From positions 7,917 to 71,916 of the forward strand of contig JAYZTT010000001.1 of NCBI GenBank assembly GCA_036125855.1: 64,000 nt of DNA. The letters run 5' to 3'. The notes beneath the pieces are model-generated. The model saw only the letters and a list, made by a program, of their open reading frames with translations. It did no database searches and was not told where the DNA came from. Origin of the DNA: Planctomycetota bacterium (GTDB lineage Bacteria; Planctomycetota; UBA8108; UBA1146). Below are positions 1 to 10,392 of the stretch, in pieces. Position 1 is the stretch's first letter. Each line of letters opens with the position of its first letter. Made by a program: the position numbers and the translations under genes.

Positions 1-1
1 A

Positions 2-862
2 GAGTTTGGTTACCATTTCGGCATTTACAGCTCCGCCAATCTCAACTTTCCCGAGTTCCGTCAGACCGCCTTCGCTTCCGTAGCCGATTCACAGATCCAT
101 GATGATTACGGTGCCAACAAGCAGTTGGCTGACAAGATAACCTCGAAGGGGATCGTCTCGCTGATCGAGGGTGAAGGGCCCTGGTTTGGCTTCGCTTATT
201 TCCAGGCATCGCATCAACCCTACCGATACCCGGAAGAAGATGCGGTGTACGAGGTCAACGAGCATGACATCAATTACGCGACCCTGGGCCAGCAAACCAC
301 CGTCAATCATGACATGCTCGGTCAGTTCAAGAATAGCCTCCACTATGTCGACCGGCAGCTGGCACCGATCTTCGAGGCGTTGCAATCAACTGGAGCGGAC
401 AAGAACACCATCGTGATCATCGTAGGTGATCATGGCGAGGAGTTTGGTGAGCTCGGCTACTTCGGCCACAACGCCACCTTTTCGCGCTACCAGACTCAAA
501 CCTTCTGCGTGATGGCGATCCCTGGCATCCAGGGCAAGCGGATTACCCGCACCACCTGTCACTACGACATCGTTCCGACGATTTTCAATTACATCGGCTG
601 TCAGAATGACACCGAGATGTACAGTCATGGCCTGTCGATGATCGGCGATGAGGCTCACTCGTATCTGGTTCTGGCGACATGGGCGCGAGCGGCGGTCTAT
701 AGCGACCAGCGCTACCTGCAGACCGGATACCGCGGCGGCAACCTCGGCTTTGCCTTGTATGACGAATCCTGGAACGAGCTCTCGGAGTCGGACCCATTCA
801 GTCAACGACAACCGCAACTGCTCCAGTACCTGCTCGAAGACTCGCGCCTGTTCCGCCGCTAG
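2..862 (+). CDS. Sulfatase / alkaline-phosphatase-superfamily protein, C-terminal part (YejM / LTA-synthase-like). The 5' end lies outside the window.
   Basis: The frame of ORF 125..862 stays open back to nt 2 (EFGYHFGIYSSANLNF...). The motif TIVIIVGDHGEEFGELGYFGHNATFSRYQTQ resembles the metal-site region of membrane sulfatase-family transferases. Confidence 0.7.
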   Translation, partial: EFGYHFGIYSSANLNFPEFRQTAFASVADSQIHDDYGANKQLADKITSKGIVSLIEGEGPWFGFAYFQASHQPYRYPEEDAVYEVNEHDINYATLGQQTTVNHDMLGQFKNSLHYVDRQLAPIFEALQSTGADKNTIVIIVGDHGEEFGELGYFGHNATFSRYQTQTFCVMAIPGIQGKRITRTTCHYDIVPTIFNYIGCQNDTEMYSHGLSMIGDEAHSYLVLATWARAAVYSDQRYLQTGYRGGNLGFALYDESWNELSESDPFSQRQPQLLQYLLEDSRLFRR

Positions 863-888
863 CCCGACCAGAACCGACCACCATCGAT

Positions 889-2091
889 TCAGGCACCGTA
901 CTTGTCGAGGCGATCTGCGTGAGCCAGCAGTAGCGGCATCAGTTCCGGGCCGCGGATGGTTCCGATGTCACCGTAAACGCAACCGCGGTCGTGGAAGGGC
1001 ACGCCGCCAACCGGCAAGGCTCGTTGCGAGTGCACCAGCAGCGGCACCGGATGCCACGAGTGCTCCTTCATGGTGGTCGGAGTGGCGTGATCGCCGGTGA
1101 TGGCGATGACATCGAGACCGGCGGCCATGAAGGATGGCAACGCCGCATCGAAGGCCTCGATGGCCGCCACCTTGGCGGCGAAATCGCCGGAATGTCCGGC
1201 GGTGTCAGTGTCCTTGTGATGGACGAAGACAAAGTCGAAGCCACTTTCCAGCGCTCGGGTCAAGGCAGCCGCCTGATCGGCGAGATTCTCCCCGGCATCG
1301 AGTGGTTCCATGCCGACCAGCTGCGCAACGCCGCGATACATCGGATAGATGGCCAGTGCGCCACTCTTCAAGTGGTACAGCTGTTCAAAGGTCGGCACCG
1401 CGGGACGGGTCGAAAAGCCACGCAACAGCGCACTGTTGGCGACGGTTTCATCTTTGAGTGCAGCGGTCGCCTGTTGCAACCACTGGCTCGCCAGGGTTGC
1501 GGTTCTCCCGGAAGCGTCATCACGACCGGCAAACGGTAGCGGCGCACGACCTGTCAGCTGCGGATCGTTGTCGTTGACACCGGCCCCGAGACCATCCCCG
1601 GTGAGCACCCAGGTGAAGCGATGCTCCTTGCCCGGCAGTAGCTGCACCTTTGCGCCATCAACGGAGACCTGCTCCGACAACAGCTGACAGAGGCGCACGC
1701 ATTCGGCATCGGCAGGACGGCCAGCGCGACGATCGGTTACCAGACCGGCATCATCGATGGTGCAGAAGTTACCGCGCGCAGCGATCTCCCCCGGTGCCAG
1801 TGGATAACCACTACCGAGCGCCTCGAGCAGGCCGCGACCAAACTCCAGTTGCATCGGATCGTGGCCAAAGAGCGACAGATGGCCGGGGCCCGAACCGGGG
1901 GTGATGCCCGGTGGCAACAACTGAATCCGCCCGAGCGATGACCTGGTCGCCAGCTCATCGAGATGGGGAGTGGCTGCCGCTTCCAGTTCGGTAGCACCGT
2001 GGTCGGGGTGTGGCAAGCCGCCGAGACCATCGAGCACGAACAGACCGATGCGTCCGCCTTCACTGCGAACCAGGTGTTCCGGACAGCCCAT
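889..2091 (-). CDS. apgM: Cofactor-independent phosphoglycerate mutase, archaeal-type (ApgM family)
   Basis: N-terminus GRIGLFVLDGLGGLPH, PGITPGSGPGHLSLFGHDP, and C-terminal ITGDHATPT / HSWHPVPLL are typical of the metalloenzyme-superfamily ApgM. GGAGGAG RBS precedes the ATG at 2091. Confidence 0.85.
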   Translation of the reverse strand: MGCPEHLVRSEGGRIGLFVLDGLGGLPHPDHGATELEAAATPHLDELATRSSLGRIQLLPPGITPGSGPGHLSLFGHDPMQLEFGRGLLEALGSGYPLAPGEIAARGNFCTIDDAGLVTDRRAGRPADAECVRLCQLLSEQVSVDGAKVQLLPGKEHRFTWVLTGDGLGAGVNDNDPQLTGRAPLPFAGRDDASGRTATLASQWLQQATAALKDETVANSALLRGFSTRPAVPTFEQLYHLKSGALAIYPMYRGVAQLVGMEPLDAGENLADQAAALTRALESGFDFVFVHHKDTDTAGHSGDFAAKVAAIEAFDAALPSFMAAGLDVIAITGDHATPTTMKEHSWHPVPLLVHSQRALPVGGVPFHDRGCVYGDIGTIRGPELMPLLLAHADRLDKYGA

Positions 2092-2223
2092 CTCCTCCCC
2101 CTTCCGGCAGCATTGTCAGAGCCCGGAGGCGATCCGGCAAGGGATCCACCGACAAAGCCCCTCCACTTCCTCGCGTGTGTCGAGTCGGTTACCATCTGGC
2201 GTCGAAAAGGGGTTCCCACCGCG

Positions 2224-3402
2224 ATGACACCGATCTCATCACTCCATCTCAATACCGCCCGCAACTGGCGCGGAGGCGAACGGCAAACGCTGTTATTGCT
2301 CGAAGGCCTGCAACAGAGCGGCCATCGACCGACCCTGGTGTGCCCACCCGATTCGCCACTGGAAAATCGTGCTCAGACAGCGGGGATTGCCACCGAACCA
2401 CTCTCGCTGCGGGGGATCGGCGATCTGCTGCGATTTCGAAGCCTGATCGGTTCGCTGCAACCGCACGTCATCCATTATCACACCGCCCACGCCCACTCGA
2501 GTGGGCTGCTGGCGCGTCTCGGTCTGTTCAGCAGCGCCAAGACCATCGTCCATCGGCGCGTCGGTTTCTCGATCCATCGCAGCGGATTCCCAGGTCTGAC
2601 TCATTTCAAGTACGGTCGATCGGTCGATCGATTTGTCGTCAGCTCCCAGGAAATCCGCCAGGTTCTGATCAAAGATGGAATCTCCGCCGAGCGGATCGAG
2701 GTGGTCTACGACGGGGTGCCACCGATGCCGGCTGCCAGCAGTTCCTCGACCGAGATTCGAAATCGAATCGGTGTGCCAGCCGATGCGATGCTGCTGGGCT
2801 GTATCGGTTCTCTGTCGCCGGAAAAGGGGCAATACCATCTGCTCGAGGCGCTCCAGCTGCTGAAAGAACGAAAGCAGCCGATCCATCTGGTGCTGGTCGG
2901 TTGCGGCAAGGAAACCGATTCACTGCAACAGCGCGCACAACAGCTCGGCATCCGCGACCGGGTCCACCTGACCGGTTTCCAGCCACCGGAACAGATCAGC
3001 TCCTGGCTGGCTGCTTTCGATCTGTACATTCAACCGAGTCTCGCCGAAGGATTGTGTACCAGCATCCTCGATGCGCTGCAAAGTCAGCTACCGGTGGTCG
3101 CCAGTGCGGTCGGTGGCATCCCCGAGGTGATCGAGGATCGAATCACCGGGCGATTGGTCCCCCCTGCCGATGCAACGGCTCTCGCCACGACCATCGATGA
3201 ATTACTCGATGATGGATCGATGGCAGCGGAACTGGCCCAGGCGGGAGCAGCGAGAGCCCAGCAGCGGTTCAGCGCCAGTGCGATGATCGAAGGAATCCTG
3301 ACGGTACAAAACTCCTTGCTTCAAATCGACTCCCCGAACCTCGGTAGCGACCCGACATCCGAACAGAACAGCGCTCTCTGGAGCGAGGAGGTGATCGGTT
3401 GA
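2224..3402 (+). CDS. Glycosyltransferase family 4 (GT-B, GT1/GT4-like)
   Basis: Internal ATG at 2224 (MTPISSLHLNTARNWRGGERQTL...) removes a non-protein-like extension that is antisense to apgM. The C-terminal EGLCTSILDALQSQLPVVASAVGGIPEVIEDRITGRLV is the GT4 donor-binding signature. Confidence 0.85.
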   Translation: MTPISSLHLNTARNWRGGERQTLLLLEGLQQSGHRPTLVCPPDSPLENRAQTAGIATEPLSLRGIGDLLRFRSLIGSLQPHVIHYHTAHAHSSGLLARLGLFSSAKTIVHRRVGFSIHRSGFPGLTHFKYGRSVDRFVVSSQEIRQVLIKDGISAERIEVVYDGVPPMPAASSSSTEIRNRIGVPADAMLLGCIGSLSPEKGQYHLLEALQLLKERKQPIHLVLVGCGKETDSLQQRAQQLGIRDRVHLTGFQPPEQISSWLAAFDLYIQPSLAEGLCTSILDALQSQLPVVASAVGGIPEVIEDRITGRLVPPADATALATTIDELLDDGSMAAELAQAGAARAQQRFSASAMIEGILTVQNSLLQIDSPNLGSDPTSEQNSALWSEEVIG

Positions 3403-4178
3403 TTCCGATTCGTGACAGTGAGCCCAGTGGCATCACTCCCTATGTCACCATCGCCCTCGTCGTGATCAATGTTCTGGTGATGCTGATTCAGCTTGGCAGC
3501 GGACTCGAACAGAGCTTCGACTACGGTCTCAGGCCCGCTTACCTGGTCGGTTATCTCGAGGGAGAACCACGCATCTCGACAAACAATCCTCGCTGGGAGG
3601 ATCTAAATGATTTTTCGATCAATAATGTTATGGATATCAAACCCGATCGAACGATAGAAGTCGATCTGACCTTCGACAACTCGGTGTTGCCGCTGCTGCT
3701 ATCGATGTTTCTTCATGGTGGCATCTTACACTTGCTCGGCAACATGTGGTTCCTGTGGATCTTCGGCGACAACATCGAGGGCCGATTGGGTCATGTTCGT
3801 TATCTGCTCTTCTATCTGCTGTGCGGTGTGGCTGCAGGGCTTGCCCACACCATCCTGACACCGGACTCAACGACTCCCACCGTCGGAGCATCGGGAGCAG
3901 TGGCCGGCGCACTCGGTGCCTACTGGCTCTGCTTCCCTCACTCCAGGGTCACACTCTTCTACTGGTTCTATCTCTTGTTCGGTACCTTCGAACTGCGAGC
4001 CAGCTGGTTCCTCGGTCTGTGGGTTGGTCTCGATCTGGTGCGTGGATTAACCGCCAGCGGCGGCATGGTGGCAGTGTGGGCACATGTCGGAGGATTTGTC
4101 GCCGGTCTCGGATTGGTAATTCTTCTGACCCCACCAGGCAGGGAAACACGCCCCACTCGCTTCCGCATCATTCGCTGA
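3399..4178 (+). CDS. Rhomboid-family intramembrane serine protease
   Basis: HGGILHLLGNMWFLWIFG (the H..xxN region) and GASGAVAGALGAY (GxSG catalytic serine), with multiple TM segments. The TTG start overlaps the glycosyltransferase stop (TTGA). Confidence 0.85.
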   Translation: MIPIRDSEPSGITPYVTIALVVINVLVMLIQLGSGLEQSFDYGLRPAYLVGYLEGEPRISTNNPRWEDLNDFSINNVMDIKPDRTIEVDLTFDNSVLPLLLSMFLHGGILHLLGNMWFLWIFGDNIEGRLGHVRYLLFYLLCGVAAGLAHTILTPDSTTPTVGASGAVAGALGAYWLCFPHSRVTLFYWFYLLFGTFELRASWFLGLWVGLDLVRGLTASGGMVAVWAHVGGFVAGLGLVILLTPPGRETRPTRFRIIR

Positions 4179-4191
4179 GAAGGTCGACCTG

Positions 4192-7100
4192 CTAGCGCTG
4201 AAGTTTCCGATCAATCCGGTCGAGAAGAGTGGTCCGTTCCTGGTATTCCATCTCCTGCTCAAAGGAATGAGCGACCACTTCCTCCATCAAGCGGGAAGCT
4301 CGTTCCACTTTCCCTTCTTGATCAAGCAACATGGCGAGATAGAAACTGGCTCTCTTTTTATCGGGATGAGAAAAGGGAAGATCTGAGAAACCTTCCACAG
4401 CACGCTCTAGATATTCCAATCCCAGATCCAATTTGTCATTCAGTGTATACCAGAGACCCAATCGAGATCTTCCGACATGGGATTGATGATGATCATCACC
4501 ATAGTTCTCCACGATCACGGGAAGAACACTGTGCAAGATTTCCCCTGACTTTTGCATCTCCCCACGCTTTATCTGTAGCGCTGCGATGTGACTCTTGGAA
4601 GACAGAGAATGCAGAGCATTTTCCCCGTAGAGATTTACCTGGCGCATATTCGCTTCATTGATGGCAAGTTCTGATTCGAGATAGTTTCCTTTTTCAAACA
4701 AAATCTCGCCATGGAAGTAACAGAAGTGGATCGTTTGTGGGTGATTTGGTCCAAAGACTCTTTCACAAGTCTGCAATGCTTCTCGTGCCAACTCCTCTGA
4801 CTCCGCATATCTTCCGGTGATTCCATACAGGGTGATCAACTCGACGAATACCAACTGGGTTATTCTGTGCTCATCTCCCAATACTTCGCGTGCATCCCGC
4901 AATGCCTGGAGTAACAGTTCTTCGCCCTTGACGATGCGGTTCTCGCTATCCGTCATGTGCACCAAGGCTCCGCCATAGTTCGATAGCGCCTTGATCGTTA
5001 ATCGATTCTTGTCTCCGAAGGAATCGCGACGTACCTGATACACAAAGGAATACAGATCCGTAGCTTCCTGTAACTCATACAGTCTTGTTTTAATCACGGC
5101 CAAATCGCTCATCGCTTCCACGCGATCAAGATGGTCCTCTCCGGATACTGTTTTCATTTTTGAAATAGCAGTTTCCAGATATTCCATTGCCAATGGGAAG
5201 TCCCCCTGGCGACCTTTCAAATCTCCAAGATTGGCAAGAGCCCTCAATGTCTCGGGGTGATCTTCCCCGAACAGGTTACTTCTCTGCTGATATATTTCGT
5301 GATGAATGGGTTCAGACTCATCCAATTTCCCACGTTCTTTGATCAAATTGGCAAACTCTTCCAGAGATTGGAGGGTGTCACGGTCCTCCTTCCCCAACTC
5401 CTGCTGGCGAATCTCAAGTGCCGTTTGTTGGGGATCAACAGCACGCTCCAGCAGCCCCGTCTCCTTCATCAAGGTTGCCACGGTCTGGAGTAAACGAGCC
5501 TTGAGCTGTGGCTGGGTCGCGAATTGCTTTTCGATCGCATCGAGGGAACGCTGGAATAGATGCTCGTCGACCGTCTCCAGAGCCAAACCAGTAAAATCCA
5601 CACCCAGCATCATGTCCTGGTAAGACTCGATCATTCCGCTGGTCTCTTCTTGCCCTATGCCTCGCCTTTCCGCCGAACTGCTGATCTTCTTTTCCAGTCC
5701 TTCCCTCAGGGATTTCCCCATCTTGAAAGGGTTGATCGAGGCGAGTTGTTCCGACTGGAAATCTGTCACTTGCTGCAATTGTTCAGAACGTTGTTGTGCG
5801 ATTTTTGCGCTGGTATCAGCCTTTTGCTTCTGTTCGACAGCTATCGAGCGGGCCTCTTCAGCCTTGGATCGTTCCACCAGCGCCCAGCTGATCCCTGCCG
5901 TCAAGGCGATAAATACCAGCGCGGTAGCGGTCAGGGCCGCTCGATATCTCCGTTGAAACTTCCTGAAACGGTAACCGAGACTGGGCGGACGCGCCTGAAC
6001 CGGCTCATGTCCGACCAGGTGACGCTCCAGATCTGCCGCCAGATCAAGAGGCGTTTCGTAGCGGCGATCCCGTTTCTTTTCCAGCGCTTTCAGCACGATC
6101 CAATCGAGCTCGCTGCTCAGGAGCTGTGACATCCGTTTTGAATTGAGGCCCCTCGATTCCGCGACCGTTTCACTCGATCGCATCTCCATCGAGCTGAATC
6201 GCAAACTGGGTCGCAGTGGATCTTCCTGTTCGATCACGCGCAGTATTTCAAGATCTCCGATCTTCCTCAGATCGAATGGCCTGGTATCGACCAGCAACTC
6301 GTAAAGAATCACGCCGAGGGCATAGACATCGGTTTTGGTATCGATATCCGATCCACCACTGCGGGCTTGCTCGGGGCTCATGTACTCGAGGGTGCCCAGG
6401 ATCTGTCGTTGCTGAGTCACCACCGTCATCTCGGTCAGCGCACCACCGAGCGCCTTGGCAAGACCAAAATCGATGATCTTCGGTACTGCTTTTCCATCTT
6501 GCCGGGTGACGATGATGTTGGCGGGCTTGAGATCGCGATGGACCACCGACTTCGAGTGAGCATGCTGGATCCCTCGACATACCTGCTGAAATAACTGGAG
6601 ACGCTCCTCCAGGGACAAGCGCTCTTTCTGGCAATATGTGGTGATCGGCGTGCCATCGACATACTCCATGACGAAGTAGGGCTGTCCGTCTTCGGTCTGC
6701 CCGGAATCGATGACTCCCGCGATGTTGGGATGGTTCATCAGTGAAAGGGCGTTTTTCTCCGCGTCAAATCGAGCCAGAACCTGTTGCGTATCCATCCCCT
6801 TCTTGATGACCTTGAGAGCCACTTGTCGACGAACGTCACCGCGCTGCTCCGCTCGGTAGACAACGCCAAAGCCGCCCTCCCCTAACGATTCGAGGATGCG
6901 GTAAGGGCCAATCTGCTGGGCAAGATCGGAACCGGGCACCGTTGCGGTCGGGGGAGGTGGAGGATGGGATGCAACCGTCTCTGCACCGTTCGGATCGGGG
7001 GTGAACTCTATCGTCTCGATGTCTTGGGCAGTCGTTGACTCCGACTCATCGAGCAGCTTCTTGAGAACATCTCGCAGGCTCTGATGTTGAGGGTCATCGA

Positions 7101-7200
7101 GAAAGGCGCCGTCATCTTCCCAGCGACCTGGCTGATCTCTATGGGCCTGGAGTAACTCCTTCGCACGTTCCAGAGGTGCAGTGGCATCAGGATCAGACAT
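4192..7200 (-). CDS. Membrane Ser/Thr protein kinase with a C-terminal coiled-coil and TPR array
   Basis: Hanks kinase motifs LGEGGFGVVY, VALKVIK, HRDLKPANIIV, DFGLAKA and LEYMSPEQ. One TM segment (ALTATALVFIALTAGISWALV), then about 550 aa of TPR-like helical repeats. GAGGAA RBS. Confidence 0.9.
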   Translation of the reverse strand: MSDPDATAPLERAKELLQAHRDQPGRWEDDGAFLDDPQHQSLRDVLKKLLDESESTTAQDIETIEFTPDPNGAETVASHPPPPPTATVPGSDLAQQIGPYRILESLGEGGFGVVYRAEQRGDVRRQVALKVIKKGMDTQQVLARFDAEKNALSLMNHPNIAGVIDSGQTEDGQPYFVMEYVDGTPITTYCQKERLSLEERLQLFQQVCRGIQHAHSKSVVHRDLKPANIIVTRQDGKAVPKIIDFGLAKALGGALTEMTVVTQQRQILGTLEYMSPEQARSGGSDIDTKTDVYALGVILYELLVDTRPFDLRKIGDLEILRVIEQEDPLRPSLRFSSMEMRSSETVAESRGLNSKRMSQLLSSELDWIVLKALEKKRDRRYETPLDLAADLERHLVGHEPVQARPPSLGYRFRKFQRRYRAALTATALVFIALTAGISWALVERSKAEEARSIAVEQKQKADTSAKIAQQRSEQLQQVTDFQSEQLASINPFKMGKSLREGLEKKISSSAERRGIGQEETSGMIESYQDMMLGVDFTGLALETVDEHLFQRSLDAIEKQFATQPQLKARLLQTVATLMKETGLLERAVDPQQTALEIRQQELGKEDRDTLQSLEEFANLIKERGKLDESEPIHHEIYQQRSNLFGEDHPETLRALANLGDLKGRQGDFPLAMEYLETAISKMKTVSGEDHLDRVEAMSDLAVIKTRLYELQEATDLYSFVYQVRRDSFGDKNRLTIKALSNYGGALVHMTDSENRIVKGEELLLQALRDAREVLGDEHRITQLVFVELITLYGITGRYAESEELAREALQTCERVFGPNHPQTIHFCYFHGEILFEKGNYLESELAINEANMRQVNLYGENALHSLSSKSHIAALQIKRGEMQKSGEILHSVLPVIVENYGDDHHQSHVGRSRLGLWYTLNDKLDLGLEYLERAVEGFSDLPFSHPDKKRASFYLAMLLDQEGKVERASRLMEEVVAHSFEQEMEYQERTTLLDRIDRKLQR

Positions 7201-7280
7201 CTAGTGTTCCTCTATCAATACAGGTCAAGTTGCAGAACTGCAGCCCCACGATCATCATTCAGAGCCTACTGACTGACAGA

Positions 7281-7326
7281 TCATTTCAATAAACGGCGGC
7301 AGGAGAAATTGAATCTCCTACCGCCT
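7281..7326 (-). terminator. Possible rho-independent terminator after the dockerin-protein gene
   Basis: Imperfect hairpin GGCGGTAGGAGA-loop-TCTCCTGCCGCC (7295..7326), followed on the minus strand by GTTTATTGAAATG. Confidence 0.4.
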
Positions 7327-7353
7327 GCTCTTCCAGCTATCCTACAAATTTTA

Positions 7354-10047
7354 CTAACAGCCCGGCTCGTATTCACAAACAGTCAGACCGTCGTCGCTCG
7401 GATCTTCGCCACAACTCGTCGGTCCCGGAGTCTCCGGGCTTGGCCCACCGGAAAATAGCGCGGCAAGACCGTAGATCGGATCGGCGATATTGAGGGATCC
7501 ATCGTCGTTTTGATCGCAGGAGTCAGGGCAATCGCACGGTGCACCGCCAGAAAATAGTGCAGCCAACTGGAACACCTGATCCGCGATGTTGAAGGAACCA
7601 TCTTGGTTGGTATCTCCACGTCGGAACTGGGGCTGTAAGGGGCCACCACCGAGAGCGGTAACATATCGACCAGCAAGATCGTTCAGGTCACCATTGAAGC
7701 CGCCGAATTCCCAGGTCTGACAGAGCACCTTGCCACCACTATTGGTGTTGTAATAAATACCGGTGTTGTAAGTGTTGCCAGCATCACTCCAGATCACTGC
7801 CGTTTCACTACCGAGTGCATCAGTAGCACTGGGGTCAATCCGATCGGTAGAATCAGCTCCCCCTTGATCTTGAGTATAAGCAACTCCGACAAAATCACTT
7901 GTATCCAACCCATAGCCACTATCAGCACCGTTCATCGAAACGAACGATCCGTCGCCATCAAGAGCTCCATCGGCGACTCCGTCGATGGCAGCAAAACTGG
8001 GATCAATCCCGGCAATCCACTGGTCACTAGATTCGAAGTACAGGTGAATTCCAGCGGACTGTGCAGCCACTAAAATTTGCTGCTCTTCCGGTGACAGAAT
8101 CGTGCCCTCGGGGAAGGTTCCTCCGATGTACCAGACTCTTTGCACTGAAGAAACTGACGTATCGAGAACACAAGGTGGCGCAAACGAAGGCAGTCCATCA
8201 ATCAGCAAGGTATCGAGGCCCAGCGATTGCAATGCGGTCTGCAATGCACCGCCACTATCGACGAGTCCTGAAGGGCCTTCTGCTCGGATGATCAAGTCGG
8301 TAACAAGAAGACTACTTGCTATCGGCACCGAGGTAGCAGCGGAAGCGATGTTGGATGTCAATCCGCAACCGCCGGATGAACCGATCACCTCATATAGATT
8401 GTTACCCGGAGAAGGATTCAAAACCGTATAGTTGGTCCCGGCGACGCCACTGGCGATGGAAACGCCATTTTCACGGACTTCATAACTATCGTAAACGGGG
8501 CCCGCGGCATTCCATGTCAATTCCACTTGCTCCAGAGCACAATCATAGGCGGCGGAAAGGTCAGCCACCGGAGCCAAATTCAAATTCAGGCTCCCCGGTC
8601 CTGCGTCGTATGCGAACCCACTCACTCGAACGAGATAATTATTTCCGGCAAACCCCTGAAATGTCAGGCTGTCGGCATGACCACATACATTGTTATCTGA
8701 ACAGGAAGGACTGGCGGTTCCATTGACCGGAACCAGAGCGGAACAATCGCCCGTGATTCCCCCATCCAGGACCTCGATCTGAGTATCGTGAAGAGTTCCA
8801 CAAGTATCCACTTCGAAGGTGCCGTCACAGCCCGGTGTGAAGATGTACCAGGCATCCGGGGCAGGGTTGAAGGGCCCATTGCCACAGGTTGTCGGGGCAC
8901 TGCTGTCGTAGACAGCATGGGTGGTGTCGAAATCGGTGGAAGTTCCGAGATCAATCGCAATCGCACCGGTACAGAAATCGTTGTCGATGTTGTCACAATG
9001 CATCACTCCCCGATTGATACTCCAGGTTGATGTCGCAGCGAGACAATTTCCGACCAACTGATATTCATGGATTCCAGGATCCACAGCGAGATCGATGTAT
9101 TCAGTAGCATCACCTGCCAGGTCTGCAATGGCCACTCCATCGCGAAGAACGGTGATTCCATTGACATATCCACCAGATTGAAAAGTAGTCCAGCTCAAAG
9201 TCACCGAGTTGGTACTGCAATCAGAAACGGTAGTCAGAACATCAAAGGGGCAACAATCACCACAGCCACCGGGAATCTCCACAGCAACATCATCCCAGTA
9301 GTATTCACCGGCGATCGGCTGGAAACCGTTGTTCCACAAATCGAGCGCAGCAACCTGTAACTCTCCCCCTGGGCCCGCCCAGATATTGTCATCCATGATC
9401 AGTTGGTTGTCGTAATACGCATCGTAGGTATTGTTCGCCAGATCTACCTCAACACGAACCTCTACCCACTGATCAAACACTGGTTGGACAAATACTCTGG
9501 AACCAGTGATTCCTGCGGTTCCTCCGATATCAACCACAACACCAGTACCAAAGGCCGTATCGTCCATCAAAATCTGCGCCGACCAGTTTTTTGGACCTTC
9601 GTGACTGTATTTGTTGAGCAGAATCAAATTGACTTGGCCATCGCTGACGCCGGGGACAGGAGTGGGCTGATAGACAGAAGCACGCAACGTCACCTGACCC
9701 TGATTCAGGCCATTGAACATACGAACCATGTCATGGCCAATGCCACTACTGCTATCGACTCCGAGCTGGAGCGAATTGGTTCCGCCAGGTGTGGCATTAT
9801 TGGTATCGACAACGGTACCGCTCCAGGAAGGAATTTGATCCCAGGAGGCCCAGGGTCCCTGACCGTTGAGCAAGGATCCTGCGTTGTAGCCTTCAAAATC
9901 ATCGAAATAGATATCCTGAGAATATGAAACCCCCGCCGGACAGAGGATCAACAGGACCACCGATGTCATCATCAATGAGAAACACTTCGAACGACACGAC
10001 GCTGGCTGGAAACGACCGACACACGGCTCGAACATAAACATACACAC
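7354..10047 (-). CDS. Secreted multidomain protein with an N-terminal LamG/concanavalin-like region, Cys-rich and FN3-like modules, and a C-terminal duplicated dockerin-like (EF-hand) module
   Basis: Hydrophobic signal segment MMTSVVLLILCPAGVSYSQ. The C-terminus carries two Ca-loop repeats, DTNQDGSFNIAD..LAALFSGG and DQNDDGSLNIAD..LAALFSGG. The exact start is uncertain (several Met between 9970 and 10047). Confidence 0.75.
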   Translation of the reverse strand: MCMFMFEPCVGRFQPASCRSKCFSLMMTSVVLLILCPAGVSYSQDIYFDDFEGYNAGSLLNGQGPWASWDQIPSWSGTVVDTNNATPGGTNSLQLGVDSSSGIGHDMVRMFNGLNQGQVTLRASVYQPTPVPGVSDGQVNLILLNKYSHEGPKNWSAQILMDDTAFGTGVVVDIGGTAGITGSRVFVQPVFDQWVEVRVEVDLANNTYDAYYDNQLIMDDNIWAGPGGELQVAALDLWNNGFQPIAGEYYWDDVAVEIPGGCGDCCPFDVLTTVSDCSTNSVTLSWTTFQSGGYVNGITVLRDGVAIADLAGDATEYIDLAVDPGIHEYQLVGNCLAATSTWSINRGVMHCDNIDNDFCTGAIAIDLGTSTDFDTTHAVYDSSAPTTCGNGPFNPAPDAWYIFTPGCDGTFEVDTCGTLHDTQIEVLDGGITGDCSALVPVNGTASPSCSDNNVCGHADSLTFQGFAGNNYLVRVSGFAYDAGPGSLNLNLAPVADLSAAYDCALEQVELTWNAAGPVYDSYEVRENGVSIASGVAGTNYTVLNPSPGNNLYEVIGSSGGCGLTSNIASAATSVPIASSLLVTDLIIRAEGPSGLVDSGGALQTALQSLGLDTLLIDGLPSFAPPCVLDTSVSSVQRVWYIGGTFPEGTILSPEEQQILVAAQSAGIHLYFESSDQWIAGIDPSFAAIDGVADGALDGDGSFVSMNGADSGYGLDTSDFVGVAYTQDQGGADSTDRIDPSATDALGSETAVIWSDAGNTYNTGIYYNTNSGGKVLCQTWEFGGFNGDLNDLAGRYVTALGGGPLQPQFRRGDTNQDGSFNIADQVFQLAALFSGGAPCDCPDSCDQNDDGSLNIADPIYGLAALFSGGPSPETPGPTSCGEDPSDDGLTVCEYEPGC

Positions 10048-10392
10048 TCTCCCTCAATATACTGGTCTCGAACTGAATATCCGCTGCAGAAGGTTCAAGC
10101 AGCAGCAATCAGGCAATAAAGCACCCGAAACAGAACGATAAATAAACCTGCCATTTGTGTATAAACACACAGAGACGGCTTAAATTAAACCCATTGCATT
10201 CATGCATAGCAAGAAAATTAGAGTTTGTCAGACATTCCTGAGTGTACAGATCTTGAGATTCTGTAACTCACCTTCATCATGGGAGTTACTGATTCGACTA
10301 TCGTTGGTGTTGCAGTTCCAGCTCGAGGATCAGTACTCTCCGCACGCGGGAACCATGCAATTTGCTCAACCCGGAGATATCGAGGATTCAAA

